Shown here piece by piece: positions 47,561-57,270 of a stretch of DNA of 58,200 bases; positions within the stretch are counted from its first letter, which is position 1, and each line of letters opens with the position of its first letter. A program made the translations under genes and the position numbers. Source of the DNA: Eubacteriales bacterium (lineage in GTDB: Bacteria > Bacillota > Clostridia > Oscillospirales > UMGS1783); the NCBI GenBank assembly GCA_045631845.1, contig JAZQVM010000067.1:1-58200 (forward strand). Direction: 5' to 3'. The notes beneath the pieces were generated by a model. That model ran no database searches. It was not told where the DNA came from and saw only the letters and a list, made by a program, of their open reading frames with translations.

Positions 47561-47645
47561 GCGATTTTTGCCCGTTTTTGGGCGTTATTCTCCCGTTTTT
47601 GCCCGTTTTCGCCCCTTTTTGAGTAGGGTTTTCTACCGTTTTACC
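47561..47645. repeat. Phased T-tract array of degenerate GCCCGTTTTT decamers
   Basis: T runs start at about 47565, 47575, 47596, 47606, 47616, 47629 and 47639, giving roughly 10-11 bp periodicity in a divergent intergenic region. Confidence 0.6.
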
Positions 47646-47709
47646 CTCGCACTTGCTTTCTTGCCGCATAGGAGCATAAAGCAATTTGTCGAATTTGGTC
47701 GCTGGCATA

Positions 47710-47738
47710 TTGACGAAACGGCAAATATTCGTTATACT
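47710..47738 (+). promoter_or_regulatory. Promoter of the Na/Pi cotransporter gene
   Basis: TTGACG, 17-nt spacer, TATACT. Confidence 0.6.
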
Positions 47739-47775
47739 GGAAATGTACGGATTGTACTGCGAAGGAGTATAGAGA

Positions 47776-49527
47776 ATGACAGTATTTGATGTATTAACCA
47801 TGTTAGGCTCCATGTGCCTGTTCTTATTCGGTATGCAGGTCATGGGCGATGCGCTGGAGCGGAGAGCCGGCAGCGGCTTGCGTTCCATCTTGGCGAAATT
47901 AACCACCGGCCGTGTTGCGGGCTTGGCCACCGGTTTGGGTGTGACCTCGGTCATCCAATCCTCGGCCGCCACAACGGTTATGGTGGTTGGCTTTGTCAAC
48001 TCGGGGCTGATGACCCTCAAGCAGGCCATCAATGTGATCATGGGTGCCAATATCGGCACTACCGTCACGGCGTGGATCTTGTCGCTCAGCGGCATTTCGA
48101 GCGATAATCCGGTTGTGATGATGCTCAAGCCCTCCTCCTTTGTGCCGATACTGGCACTGCTGGGCATTGTGCTGTTCATGTTTACCAAGAAGAGCACCTC
48201 CAAGGAAACGGGCACCATTCTTCTGGGCTTTGCCGTTATGATGTTCGGCATGAACACCATGACCGATATGTCTTCCAAGCTGGCCGAAGATCCTATGGTA
48301 CTCGGCGCACTCGAGTCGATGTTCTCCCTGTTTGCTAACCCCATTATCGGTGTTGTCGTTGGTGCGTTGATTACGGCGGCGATTCAGTCTTCGTCGGCTT
48401 CGGTGGGTATGCTACAGATGCTTTCGGCTACCGGCGCGGTATCCTACGGTGCGGCCATCCCCATGATCATGGGACAGAACATCGGTACTTGTATTACCGC
48501 TATGATTTCCTCGGTGGGCACGAATAAGAATGCCAAGCGTGCCGCCATGGTGCATCTGTGCTTTAATGTGATCGGTACGATTGTATGGTTGGTTGTCTTT
48601 GTGCTGGTGCGTTGGTTGATCTCGCCTGCTCTGTTAAGCGCTTCGGCTGACGGTGTCGGCATTGCCATCTGTCACTCGATCTTCAATATACTGTGCACGA
48701 TTCTGATGTTGCCGCTCTCCGGTTTGCTGGAGAAACTGGTTATCAAACTGGTGCCCGGTGATGTCAGTGAAAAGACGGTTAAGATCGACGAGCGTTTGCT
48801 GGCCACTCCGCCCTTGGCGCTGGGCCGTTGCCGTGAATTGGCCATCGAAATGGCCGAGGAATCCGGTTTGACTTTGCATCGGGCTTTGGGCATGATCCAT
48901 GATTTTAATCAGGAACAGATGGACGAGATCCGTCATCACGAGAAACGAACCGACCAGTATGAAGATGAACTGGGTAGTTATCTGGTTAAGCTTAGCGCTT
49001 GTCAGTTGACCGAGAAGGACAGTTCCGAGGCGGCCAAACTCTTGCGCCTGATTGGTGATTTTGAGAGAATCGCCGACCATGCTGTGAACATCAGCCAGTC
49101 TTCCGAGGAAATGAAGAGCCGTATGATGACGCTATCGGGTAAGGCCAAAGAGGAACTGGGCGTTATGATAGCGGCGGTGAATGAGATTCAGGATCTGTCT
49201 ATGAAGGCTTTTGTGGAAAACGATTTGGATACGGCCTATGCCGTTGAGCCGCTTGAGCAGGTGATTAATCGGTTAAAGACCAAGTTGCGTGCTCGTCATA
49301 TTGAACGGTTGCAACAGGGCGATTGTTCGATTGAGGCCGGTTTTGTTTGGTCGGATTTGATTACCGATTTAGAGCGTGTGGCTGACCATTGTTCCAACAT
49401 CGCCGGTTGTGTCATTGACATGGCGCACAACGATATGAACCTGCATGAATCCTTGCGGGCTACCCGACATGACGATCCGCATTATCTGGAAATGTTCCAA
49501 ACCTATCAGGAAAAATATTCGGTGTAA
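47776..49527 (+). CDS. Na/Pi cotransporter family protein with a PhoU-like C-terminal domain
   Basis: Duplicated Na_Pi_cotrans TM repeats (GANIGTT, GQNIGTC) and C-terminal PhoU-like helices (ERIADHA, ERVADHC). Confidence 0.85.
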   Translation: MTVFDVLTMLGSMCLFLFGMQVMGDALERRAGSGLRSILAKLTTGRVAGLATGLGVTSVIQSSAATTVMVVGFVNSGLMTLKQAINVIMGANIGTTVTAWILSLSGISSDNPVVMMLKPSSFVPILALLGIVLFMFTKKSTSKETGTILLGFAVMMFGMNTMTDMSSKLAEDPMVLGALESMFSLFANPIIGVVVGALITAAIQSSSASVGMLQMLSATGAVSYGAAIPMIMGQNIGTCITAMISSVGTNKNAKRAAMVHLCFNVIGTIVWLVVFVLVRWLISPALLSASADGVGIAICHSIFNILCTILMLPLSGLLEKLVIKLVPGDVSEKTVKIDERLLATPPLALGRCRELAIEMAEESGLTLHRALGMIHDFNQEQMDEIRHHEKRTDQYEDELGSYLVKLSACQLTEKDSSEAAKLLRLIGDFERIADHAVNISQSSEEMKSRMMTLSGKAKEELGVMIAAVNEIQDLSMKAFVENDLDTAYAVEPLEQVINRLKTKLRARHIERLQQGDCSIEAGFVWSDLITDLERVADHCSNIAGCVIDMAHNDMNLHESLRATRHDDPHYLEMFQTYQEKYSV

Positions 49528-49533
49528 AAAGAT

Positions 49534-49567
49534 ATCCCTTGATGAGAAATCATCGAGGGATTTTTTC
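49534..49567 (+). terminator. Intrinsic terminator
   Basis: ATCCCTTGATGA-gaaa-TCATCGAGGGAT followed by TTTTT. Confidence 0.75.
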
Positions 49568-49592
49568 ATGAACCGTTTTGACAGAAACGAAT

Positions 49593-49624
49593 GGAGGGCT
49601 TTCTGCTTTTGCAGAAAGCCCTCC
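49593..49624. terminator. 14-bp perfect hairpin after kdgK (probable terminator)
   Basis: GGAGGGCTTTCTGC-tttt-GCAGAAAGCCCTCC, with a weak U-tract. Confidence 0.45.
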
Positions 49625-49651
49625 GTAGTAAAAGCATAGTTTGTGATGACG

Positions 49652-50674
49652 TTATCTCTGGACGCGGCCCGAACCGTCACCGCCGGCCAGCTTCTCAACC
49701 TCAGAGAGGGACACGCGGTTAAAGTCACCTTCAATCGAGTGCTTGAGTGCCGAAGCGGCTACAGCGAAGTTGATGGTAGCCTGAGAGTCACGGCCATCGA
49801 GCATGGCGTAGATGAGCCCTGCGCCGAAGGAGTCGCCGCCGCCGACGCGGTCTACAATGTGCAGATCGTAGCTGCGGGAGAAGTAGTAGTCGTTGCCGTC
49901 ATAGAGCATGGCGGCCCACTTGTTATCGTTGGCCGAAATGGAGGTGCGCAGGGTGATGGCAACCGCCTTAAAGCCAAAGGTGTCGGCCAACTGCTTGGCA
50001 ACACTCTTATAGCCTTCATGGTTGAGTTTACCGCCGTAGATATCGGTATCTTCAGCTTCAATGCCGAAGACATCCTTGGCATCCTCTTCGTTGGCAATGC
50101 AAACATCAATGTATTGGCACAGCTCGGTCATGGTTGCTCTGGCCTGCTCACGGGTCCACAGTTTGCCACGATAGTTGAGGTCACAGGACACGGTAATGCC
50201 CTTAGCCTTAGCGGCCTTGCAGGCCTCCAAGCACAGATCGGCCACATTCTGACCGAGGGCAGGGGTGATGCCGGTGAAGTGGAACCAATCGGCTCCCTCG
50301 AAGATGGCATCCCAATCGAAATCGCCGCTCACCGCTTCGGCAATGGCCGAATGAGCACGGTCGTACACGCAGACCGAACCACCCTGAGAAGCGCCCTTTT
50401 CCAGATAGTAGATACCCACACGGTCACCGCCACGGGTGATCTTAGAGGTGTCAACGCCGAAGTAGCGCAGGGAGTTGACAGCCGACTGACCGATGGCATG
50501 CTTGGGGAGCTTGGTAACATAGCAGGAGTCCAGCCCATAGTTGGCCAGAGATACTGCCACATTGGCCTCGCCGCCACCGAAGGTGGCCTGCATCTGATCG
50601 TTCTGGAAGAAGCGGTAATAGCCGTTGGGGGCTAAACGAAGCATGATTTCACCAAAAGTAACTACTCTTTTCAT
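49652..50674 (-). CDS. kdgK: 2-dehydro-3-deoxygluconokinase (PfkB family)
   Basis: FGEIMLRL.P......Q...+...FGG.EANVAVSLA..G N-terminus and a C-terminal DRVGGGDSF motif. Confidence 0.85.
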   Translation of the reverse strand: MKRVVTFGEIMLRLAPNGYYRFFQNDQMQATFGGGEANVAVSLANYGLDSCYVTKLPKHAIGQSAVNSLRYFGVDTSKITRGGDRVGIYYLEKGASQGGSVCVYDRAHSAIAEAVSGDFDWDAIFEGADWFHFTGITPALGQNVADLCLEACKAAKAKGITVSCDLNYRGKLWTREQARATMTELCQYIDVCIANEEDAKDVFGIEAEDTDIYGGKLNHEGYKSVAKQLADTFGFKAVAITLRTSISANDNKWAAMLYDGNDYYFSRSYDLHIVDRVGGGDSFGAGLIYAMLDGRDSQATINFAVAASALKHSIEGDFNRVSLSEVEKLAGGDGSGRVQR

Positions 50675-50676
50675 TG

Positions 50677-51228
50677 TTATGCCTCCATTTTATCCAAGGA
50701 TTCCTTGACAAAGAAGCTGCCGCCGATGGCCGCAATCTTGTCAAAGGCCAAAAATTCATCAATGTTGCTGCGATCGACACCGCCGGTCGGGATAAACTTG
50801 ACCTGCGGGAAGGGAGCGGCCAGCGCCTTGAGCGCCTTGAGCCCGCCGTAAACATTGGCAGGGAAGAACTTGAGCGTGGTCAGCCCCAGCTCCAGCGCCT
50901 GCATGATCTCGGTAGGAGTTACGCAACCGGGGTAGTAGGGAATATTATTCTCACGGCATACCTCGGCCACACCGACCGAAAGGCCGGGGGATACGATGAA
51001 GGTAGCGCCTGCGGCCAGAGCCGCTTTGCACTGCTCGGCATTGATTACGGTACCGGCACCGATCTCCATGTCGGGATGGTTCTTAACGGCCAAAGCAATT
51101 GCCTCGGCCGCACAAGCGGTGCGGAAGGTGATCTCTGCGGTATGAATGTCGTTATTTTTCAGGGCATTCATGATTTTGTCGGTTTCACCAAGTTCTTTGA
51201 TGACAACAACGGGGATGAATTTTTCCAT
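50677..51228 (-). CDS. eda: KDPG / 4-hydroxy-2-oxoglutarate aldolase
   Basis: EITFRT..A...I, GAGTV, FIVSPG and KFFPA motifs. AAGGAGA RBS. Confidence 0.8.
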   Translation of the reverse strand: MEKFIPVVVIKELGETDKIMNALKNNDIHTAEITFRTACAAEAIALAVKNHPDMEIGAGTVINAEQCKAALAAGATFIVSPGLSVGVAEVCRENNIPYYPGCVTPTEIMQALELGLTTLKFFPANVYGGLKALKALAAPFPQVKFIPTGGVDRSNIDEFLAFDKIAAIGGSFFVKESLDKMEA

Positions 51229-51240
51229 TAGAATCTCTCC

Positions 51241-52413
51241 TTATTTTGTTCCGGTGAAGGTGTCGGACAGATCGACAACCGTGCCGCTGGCCACATTGGT
51301 CTTGCGGCGGCTGGTCTTAACACGCTTCATCAACTCCTCATAGTATACATCATGATCGAAGGGTAAGTCAACCGGTTTTCCCAAGAAAGAGGACAAATGC
51401 ATGGCGTTGGACAGAGTCAGCCCATTGATACCCTCACGACCGTCGGCAATGAGCGGAGTGCCCATGAGAATGGCATCGGCCCAAGCGTTGATAACGCCCT
51501 TGTGCTGAGGATTGGAGCCGTCGAGTTCGGGATCGACCTCAACCGTCTTAATCTGGCCGAAGGGAGCGGTATTGGTCTTGGAGAACTCCTGCTCGGTCAT
51601 TTCAAATTCCATGATCTTGAGTTCGTTGTTCTCGGCAACCAGTTTAGCCTTATCGAGCTGGATTTCAAAGCGGTTAGAACCGCAGGCATCGCCGGTGGTG
51701 GTGATGAACACGCCGGTAGCGCCGTTGGCGTACTCGACATAAGCGGTTACATCGTCTTCCACCTCAATGTCATGCCACTTGCCGTAGTGCAGTTTGGCAT
51801 CGACCTTGACGGGCATACCGCAGATCCACTGCCACATATCGAGTTGATGGGGGCACTGGTTGAGCAGAACGCCGCCGCCTTCGCCCGACCAAGTGGCACG
51901 CCAATCGCCCGAATCATAATAGGCCTGAGGACGGTACCAGTTGGTAATGATCCAGTTGGTGCGGCGGATCTCGCCGTACTTGCCCGAATGAACCAGCTCA
52001 TGCATCTTGCGATAGATGCAGTTGGTACGCTGGTTGAACATCATGCCGTAAACAACCTCGGGATGCTTGTCGGCCACAGCGTTCATTTCCAGAACCTGTT
52101 TGGTGTATACGCCGGCCGGCTTCTCAACCAGCACGTGAATGCCGCGCTCCATGCAGGCAATGGCGTATGTAGGATGGTCATAGTGAGGAACGCAGATCAA
52201 GCAAGCGTTGATCAGGCCCGAATCGAGCATATCTTCGGCTTTGGCAAAGGTGGTTACGCCGGGGATCTTTTCCTCGGCGGCCTTGCGGCGCTCTTCTTTG
52301 AGATCGCAAACGGCAACCAAGTCTACCTTGGGGCAGTGGCCCTTAAGCAGGTCGCCCGTGTGCTGGTTACCAATGTTACCGAAACCGATAATACCTAATT
52401 TAATTCTATCCAT
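51241..52413 (-). CDS. Gfo/Idh/MocA-family oxidoreductase
   Basis: N-terminal Rossmann IKLGIIGFGNIG, then EKP, and a C-terminal alpha/beta domain. Confidence 0.8.
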   Translation of the reverse strand: MDRIKLGIIGFGNIGNQHTGDLLKGHCPKVDLVAVCDLKEERRKAAEEKIPGVTTFAKAEDMLDSGLINACLICVPHYDHPTYAIACMERGIHVLVEKPAGVYTKQVLEMNAVADKHPEVVYGMMFNQRTNCIYRKMHELVHSGKYGEIRRTNWIITNWYRPQAYYDSGDWRATWSGEGGGVLLNQCPHQLDMWQWICGMPVKVDAKLHYGKWHDIEVEDDVTAYVEYANGATGVFITTTGDACGSNRFEIQLDKAKLVAENNELKIMEFEMTEQEFSKTNTAPFGQIKTVEVDPELDGSNPQHKGVINAWADAILMGTPLIADGREGINGLTLSNAMHLSSFLGKPVDLPFDHDVYYEELMKRVKTSRRKTNVASGTVVDLSDTFTGTK

Positions 52414-52414
52414 C

Positions 52415-53269
52415 TTATTTGATCTCCTTTAAAATGTTTTTCAGCGTCGTTACGGCGGTGTCAAAGGCTTCGTCCTTAGAAGCGAAGGAATAGGTGTTGC
52501 CCACCTTATCCGAAACTTCCTCACGCTCAAGTGCGGCCAGCCCGTCAAAGAGAGCCAAGTGAGGCTCGATGGTAAAGCAGGTACCGCCCTGAGCTAAGTA
52601 GGCGGGAATGATCTCACGCAGGTGACCCTCGCCGCAGCCGGGAGGAACGATTTTACCGTTTTCCAGCGCATCCTTGATGTGCATATACTTAATGTAACTA
52701 TGTAACATCTCCCAAGCGGGCATGGTCGGCTGACCGGACTGGATGAAGTTGGCCGGATCGAAGATGGCACGCAGATTCGGCAACTGCTGATACAGCGTCA
52801 AACAACGGGTGGCGATATCGCCGTAGATTTCCTTCTCGTTCTCATGGCACAGTTCGACTACGCCATTGGCCTGTTCGAGCAACCAACCCAGACGGTCGAT
52901 AACCTCGTCACGGTAATCCTCGGGATCCTTGCCCTTGGGAATGAAGAAGGAGAAGATTCTCATATTCTCGGCGCCCAGAATGTCGGAAACCTCAAGCAGG
53001 TGCTTGAACTTCTCCTGATGAGCGGCCCAGTCGCCCGTTTCAATATCGATCTTACCAACGGGAGAACCGATGGTGTAGACCTGCAGGCCCGCCGCATCCA
53101 TGTCACGGCGGATCTGACGGGCTTTCTCGGACGATACGTCAATGATGGACTGGCCGTCCACATTACGGATCTCCAAGCCGTTGAGATTGTTGCGCTTCAT
53201 AGCGGCAATCTGCAGAGAAAGGTCCTTGCTTGCCTCGTCGGCAAATGCGTACAGTTTGATGTTGTTCAT
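52415..53269 (-). CDS. Sugar phosphate isomerase/epimerase (xylose-isomerase-like TIM barrel)
   Basis: At 284 aa, with the pattern LE.RN....S....+A..+......G+.V..+.SP+GK and HENE, it is typical of AP_endonuc_2/TIM-barrel proteins. Confidence 0.65.
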   Translation of the reverse strand: MNNIKLYAFADEASKDLSLQIAAMKRNNLNGLEIRNVDGQSIIDVSSEKARQIRRDMDAAGLQVYTIGSPVGKIDIETGDWAAHQEKFKHLLEVSDILGAENMRIFSFFIPKGKDPEDYRDEVIDRLGWLLEQANGVVELCHENEKEIYGDIATRCLTLYQQLPNLRAIFDPANFIQSGQPTMPAWEMLHSYIKYMHIKDALENGKIVPPGCGEGHLREIIPAYLAQGGTCFTIEPHLALFDGLAALEREEVSDKVGNTYSFASKDEAFDTAVTTLKNILKEIK

Positions 53270-53272
53270 TTT

Positions 53273-54097
53273 TTATACCCCCGAATAAGCGGAAAATCCG
53301 CCATCAATTGCAATCGTTACGCCGGTCACAAAGCCCGACTTGGTTTCATCCAGCAAAAATTCAACGGTGCCCAGCAACTCATCCGCCTCACCGAAGCGAC
53401 CCATGGGCGTGGCGGCCAAGATTTTGCCGGTTCGTGCCGTCGGCGTACCGTCGGCATTAAAGAGCAGAGAGCGGTTCTGGTTGGTGACGAAGAAGCCGGG
53501 AGCAATCGCATTGACGCGGATGCCCGACTTGGCAAAATGCACGGCCAACCACTGGGTAAAGTTGGTCACCGCTGCCTTGGCCGAGGAATAGGCCGGAATC
53601 TTGGTCAGCGGGCGGAAGGCGTTCATGGAAGAAACGTTGAGCACGCAGCAACCCTCACGCCCCGGCATATCGGCCATAAAGACCTGACTGGGCAGCAAAA
53701 CGCCCTTCATGTTCAGATCAAAGACAAAATCGAAGCCGTTGGTATCAATGTTGAAGAAATTCTTGGTGTCGTTATCCATCTCATCGCCCGAGGTGTACTC
53801 CTCACGGTCGGTCGTCGCACGGGGATTGTTGCCGCCGGCGCCGTTGATGAGAATGTCGCACTTGCCGAGGTCTTTCAGGATCTGCTCATGGGCCGCTTCC
53901 AGACTTTCCCGCTCAAGTACCGAGCAGGGATAGGCCTTGGCCACGCCGCCGGCCTTGACGATTTCGTCGGCTACCGCATTGACGGCATCGGCATTGATGT
54001 CCAGCAGGGCGACCTTAGCGCCCATGGCTGCAAAATGCTTGGCAAAGGCGGAACAGAGAATACCGCCTGCGCCGGTGATTACCATTACTTTGTTCAT
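53273..54097 (-). CDS. SDR-family oxidoreductase, UxuB-like (fructuronate/mannonate reductase type)
   Basis: ITGAGGILC Rossmann motif, NGAGGN and YSSAKAA (Y-x3-K), in a context next to uxaC. Confidence 0.7.
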   Translation of the reverse strand: MNKVMVITGAGGILCSAFAKHFAAMGAKVALLDINADAVNAVADEIVKAGGVAKAYPCSVLERESLEAAHEQILKDLGKCDILINGAGGNNPRATTDREEYTSGDEMDNDTKNFFNIDTNGFDFVFDLNMKGVLLPSQVFMADMPGREGCCVLNVSSMNAFRPLTKIPAYSSAKAAVTNFTQWLAVHFAKSGIRVNAIAPGFFVTNQNRSLLFNADGTPTARTGKILAATPMGRFGEADELLGTVEFLLDETKSGFVTGVTIAIDGGFSAYSGV

Positions 54098-54101
54098 AGT
54101 T

Positions 54102-55466
54102 TTACTCCTCTATCATCTTTTTGGATGTGGTATAACTGATGCGACGGCAGAGTTCTTCCGCCGGAGCCGGATCAAATTCACCCGATTCGACATATTCACC
54201 GATGCGATTGCAGAGAATACGGCGGAAATAATCGTGACGGGCATAGGACAGGAAAGAACGGGAGTCGGTCAGCATGCCGGGGAAGGTGGAAAGCAGACCT
54301 TGTTCGGCCATGATGTCCAGCTGTTTGATGATGCCGCGTTTGTGATCGGCAAACCACCAGGCCGCGCCCAAGATGACGCCGCGGAAACAACCGCAGACGG
54401 TAGCATAGGCATCGCAAGCGCCCTCGTTGAGCGAATACACGATGGTGCGGGGCAGGGCATCTTCCTTCTGCAAGCGGGTGAGCATAGCCGACAGGTTCTT
54501 CACCGAGGGGGCGTCGCCCACGCTGTCGCCACCACAGTCGAGACCAAGGGTAGCGAAGAGCGTCGGGTTGAGGTCGCGTTGAACGGCCAAATGCCACTGC
54601 ATGACCATGTCTTTCTCTTTATACAGTTTACCCCAATATAGGTAGATATTCCCCACAAAGCCCAAATAATCTTCATGGGAAACGGTCTTGCCTGCCAGCA
54701 GGGCTTTGAGGGTAGCGTCGGCCTTGGCGTCGTCGTCCACGTGATCGGGGAAGTCGACAATGCCGATATCGGTAATGCGGCAACCGTGTTTGTCGAAGTG
54801 GTTGAGCTGGGTGGACAAAGCGGCCTTGAAAGAAGCCAGACTGTCCATCTTCACGCCGGCCACCGAGCCCAGATGATCCATGTACTCCCGCCAGCCGGGC
54901 AGGTCGATACGCAGGGCCTTGTCGCCACGGTAGGAGGGCAGAACCTTCACATTAAAGGAAGCATCCTCGGCCAGCAGTTTATGATAGGCCAGGTCGTCGG
55001 CGATATCGTCGGTGGTGCAGATGATTTCTACGCCTGCTTGCTTGATGAGCTTGCGAGGGGAGAGGTTGTTGTCCTTAATATAGCAGTTGGCCTGCTCCCA
55101 GATGGCCTCGGCGTTAGCGAGGGTCAGGGGCAGATCGATGCCGAAATAGAGGGACAATTCCATAGAAGCCCATGCATAGAGCGGGCTACCGGCGGCCAGT
55201 TCCACCGCTGTTATGAAATTCACGAATTTTTCTTTCCAAGTGGTGGTCTTGCCGGTGATGCCCTCCTCGGGAATTCCGAACAGGCGCATCAGGCGCCACT
55301 TATAATGGTCGCCCCCCAGCCACATTTGGCCGAGATTGTCAAAGGGTACATCTTCATAGATCTCCTTTGCCGACAGATGACAGTGATAGTCCACGATCGG
55401 CAGATCCTTGACGGCCGCATATAATTTTTCGGCCGTGGGATTGCACAATAGATAGTTTTTGGTCAT
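54102..55466 (-). CDS. uxaC: Glucuronate isomerase
   Basis: L...A..LY......LPI+DYHCHL motif. Length about 454 aa from ATG 55466 with an AAGAGGTGA RBS. Confidence 0.9.
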   Translation of the reverse strand: MTKNYLLCNPTAEKLYAAVKDLPIVDYHCHLSAKEIYEDVPFDNLGQMWLGGDHYKWRLMRLFGIPEEGITGKTTTWKEKFVNFITAVELAAGSPLYAWASMELSLYFGIDLPLTLANAEAIWEQANCYIKDNNLSPRKLIKQAGVEIICTTDDIADDLAYHKLLAEDASFNVKVLPSYRGDKALRIDLPGWREYMDHLGSVAGVKMDSLASFKAALSTQLNHFDKHGCRITDIGIVDFPDHVDDDAKADATLKALLAGKTVSHEDYLGFVGNIYLYWGKLYKEKDMVMQWHLAVQRDLNPTLFATLGLDCGGDSVGDAPSVKNLSAMLTRLQKEDALPRTIVYSLNEGACDAYATVCGCFRGVILGAAWWFADHKRGIIKQLDIMAEQGLLSTFPGMLTDSRSFLSYARHDYFRRILCNRIGEYVESGEFDPAPAEELCRRISYTTSKKMIEE

Positions 55467-55580
55467 AAAATCACCTCTTACCTTTATTATAAAGTACAAC
55501 CTTTGCAAAGTAAATGCAATTCTTTTCATAAGATATTGCAAATCGTATCAATTTATGGTATTTTATAGGGGGTGATAACT

Positions 55581-56387
55581 ATGGAACGCTATTTTCATTA
55601 TGATGATACCGATTTTTTCTGCTCCTATACCTATACCGAAACGCCCGATCGGCTTCATTACGCCATGCATACGCATGAAACGCATGAGCTGTATTATTTC
55701 CTGTCGGGGCGTGGGGTATACCGCATTGAGAGTAGTGAATACCCCATGCGTGCGGGCGATATTCTTATTATGCGCCGAGCCGAGTCCCATTATTTTGATA
55801 TTGACACTTCTGTGCCCTATAAACGGTTCACTATCAACTTTTCGGAGTCAGTGCTGGATGGGATTGATCCTGATGGTCAGTTGATGCGTCCATTTTACGA
55901 GAGGGAATTGGGGAAAGGGAATCTTTATCGGAAAAGTGATTTTTCCGACGATACGGCGTCCCGTTTGATTTCTCGCATGCTCGCCCCTGAGCAGGACATT
56001 CGTACCGAGGTGCTCTCCTGTTTGCCCGCCTTGCTTGGCGAGATTGGGCGGGTGTGGCGCAAGTGCTCACAGAGTGAACAGGCAGAATCCCCCTTATCGT
56101 ATCGTATCGTTTCTTTTGTCAACGATCATTTGACTGACGACCTTTCCTTGGATGTGATTGCCCATCGGTTTTATATCAGCAAGCCGCAGTTGTGCCGCAT
56201 CTTCAAGGCGGCTACGGGTTCTACCGTTTGGGAATACGTCACCATCAAGCGGCTCATCCGCGCCCGTGAAATCATTGGGGCGGGTACTTCGCCCACCGAG
56301 GCGGCAGGGGCTTGCGGGTTTAACGACTATTCGGCATTCTATCGCGCCTATCGCCGCCAGTTCGGCCATTCTCCGAGAGAAAAATAA
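55581..56387 (+). CDS. AraC-family transcriptional regulator (cupin plus HTH)
   Basis: N-terminal cupin (HTHETHELYYFLSG) and a C-terminal AraC HTH (GFNDYSAFYRAYRRQFG.SP). Divergent from the uxaC operon. Confidence 0.85.
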   Translation: MERYFHYDDTDFFCSYTYTETPDRLHYAMHTHETHELYYFLSGRGVYRIESSEYPMRAGDILIMRRAESHYFDIDTSVPYKRFTINFSESVLDGIDPDGQLMRPFYERELGKGNLYRKSDFSDDTASRLISRMLAPEQDIRTEVLSCLPALLGEIGRVWRKCSQSEQAESPLSYRIVSFVNDHLTDDLSLDVIAHRFYISKPQLCRIFKAATGSTVWEYVTIKRLIRAREIIGAGTSPTEAAGACGFNDYSAFYRAYRRQFGHSPREK

Positions 56388-56416
56388 AGCACTTGGATTA
56401 TTCCAAGTGCTTTTTG
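56386..56416. terminator. Bidirectional terminator
   Basis: AGCACTTGGA-ttat-TCCAAGTGCT followed by TTTT. Confidence 0.65.
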
Positions 56417-57270
56417 TTTGATATCAATTCGGAAAGGAGGGTGGAGCCCAAAATCAGAACGGCGCCCAGCCAGCCCCAAAGGCTCATCGGTTCCTGCAGG
56501 AACAAGGCCGAGAGCAGGATGGCGACTACGGGGTCGATATAACTGAAAATGGCCACAGTTTGCGCCGGCAGGGCGTGTACCGAGCCAAAATACAGGGCGT
56601 AGGCGACACCCGTGTGGAGAATACCTACCGCAATCAGCAACAGGATTCCCACCGTGCCCAGAGACACCGCCGCATAGTTCTCGGTTAGCAGGGTGTAAGG
56701 TAAAAGTACCAAAGCCGCCGCCGCCAACTGCACCACCGTACAGTCCATCGCTCCGATGGGCTTCATTTTTTTATTGAGCAGTACCACCGTGGCGTAGAAG
56801 GCGGCCGCACCCAGTCCGAACAGAATACCTGGCAGGCGGGTCATATCCAATCCGCCCTCAAACACGCCCGACACAAAGACCATGCCCAGTACCGCCACAA
56901 GGGCGCAGACGATCTTGACGGGGCGCAGGCGTTCTTTGAGCACCAACGGCGAGAGAAAGACGACAAATACGGGCGCTAAATAATAGCAGAGGGTCGCCGT
57001 GGCCACCGTCGTATAACGGTAGGATTCAAACAGGAGCATCCAGTTGATGCCGATGCACCCGCCCGAAATGAGGAGCAACCACAGATTGCTTTTTATGGCG
57101 GTCTTGTCTAATTTTTTACCCAGCAGGAGGATCAGCACCAGTAAAAAGGCGGCGCCGATCAGCCCACGGGCCACGGCCAGCCCTGACGAGGGCAGGTCGA
57201 TAAATTTACGAAAGATGCCAATGGTGCCGAATATCGTCATGGCACCAATGACCGATAACCGATGTTTCAT
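56398..57270 (-). CDS. EamA/DMT-family transporter
   Basis: Ten TM segments arranged as two EamA repeats. The start overlaps the thrS stop (ATGA). Confidence 0.8.
   Translation of the reverse strand: MKHRLSVIGAMTIFGTIGIFRKFIDLPSSGLAVARGLIGAAFLLVLILLLGKKLDKTAIKSNLWLLLISGGCIGINWMLLFESYRYTTVATATLCYYLAPVFVVFLSPLVLKERLRPVKIVCALVAVLGMVFVSGVFEGGLDMTRLPGILFGLGAAAFYATVVLLNKKMKPIGAMDCTVVQLAAAALVLLPYTLLTENYAAVSLGTVGILLLIAVGILHTGVAYALYFGSVHALPAQTVAIFSYIDPVVAILLSALFLQEPMSLWGWLGAVLILGSTLLSELISNKKHLE

Noticed and set aside
47550-48344. 264-aa minus-strand ORF overlapping the T-tract array and the Na/Pi gene.
   Set aside because: It is antisense to a clear transporter gene and runs through the intergenic repeat and promoter.
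49643-55424. A series of long plus-strand ORFs (330, 185, 333, 431, 234 and 249 aa) across the kdgK-uxaC cluster.
   Set aside because: All are antisense to genes with strong family motifs. Their Gly/Val/Ala/His-rich translations are typical of GC-rich shadow frames.
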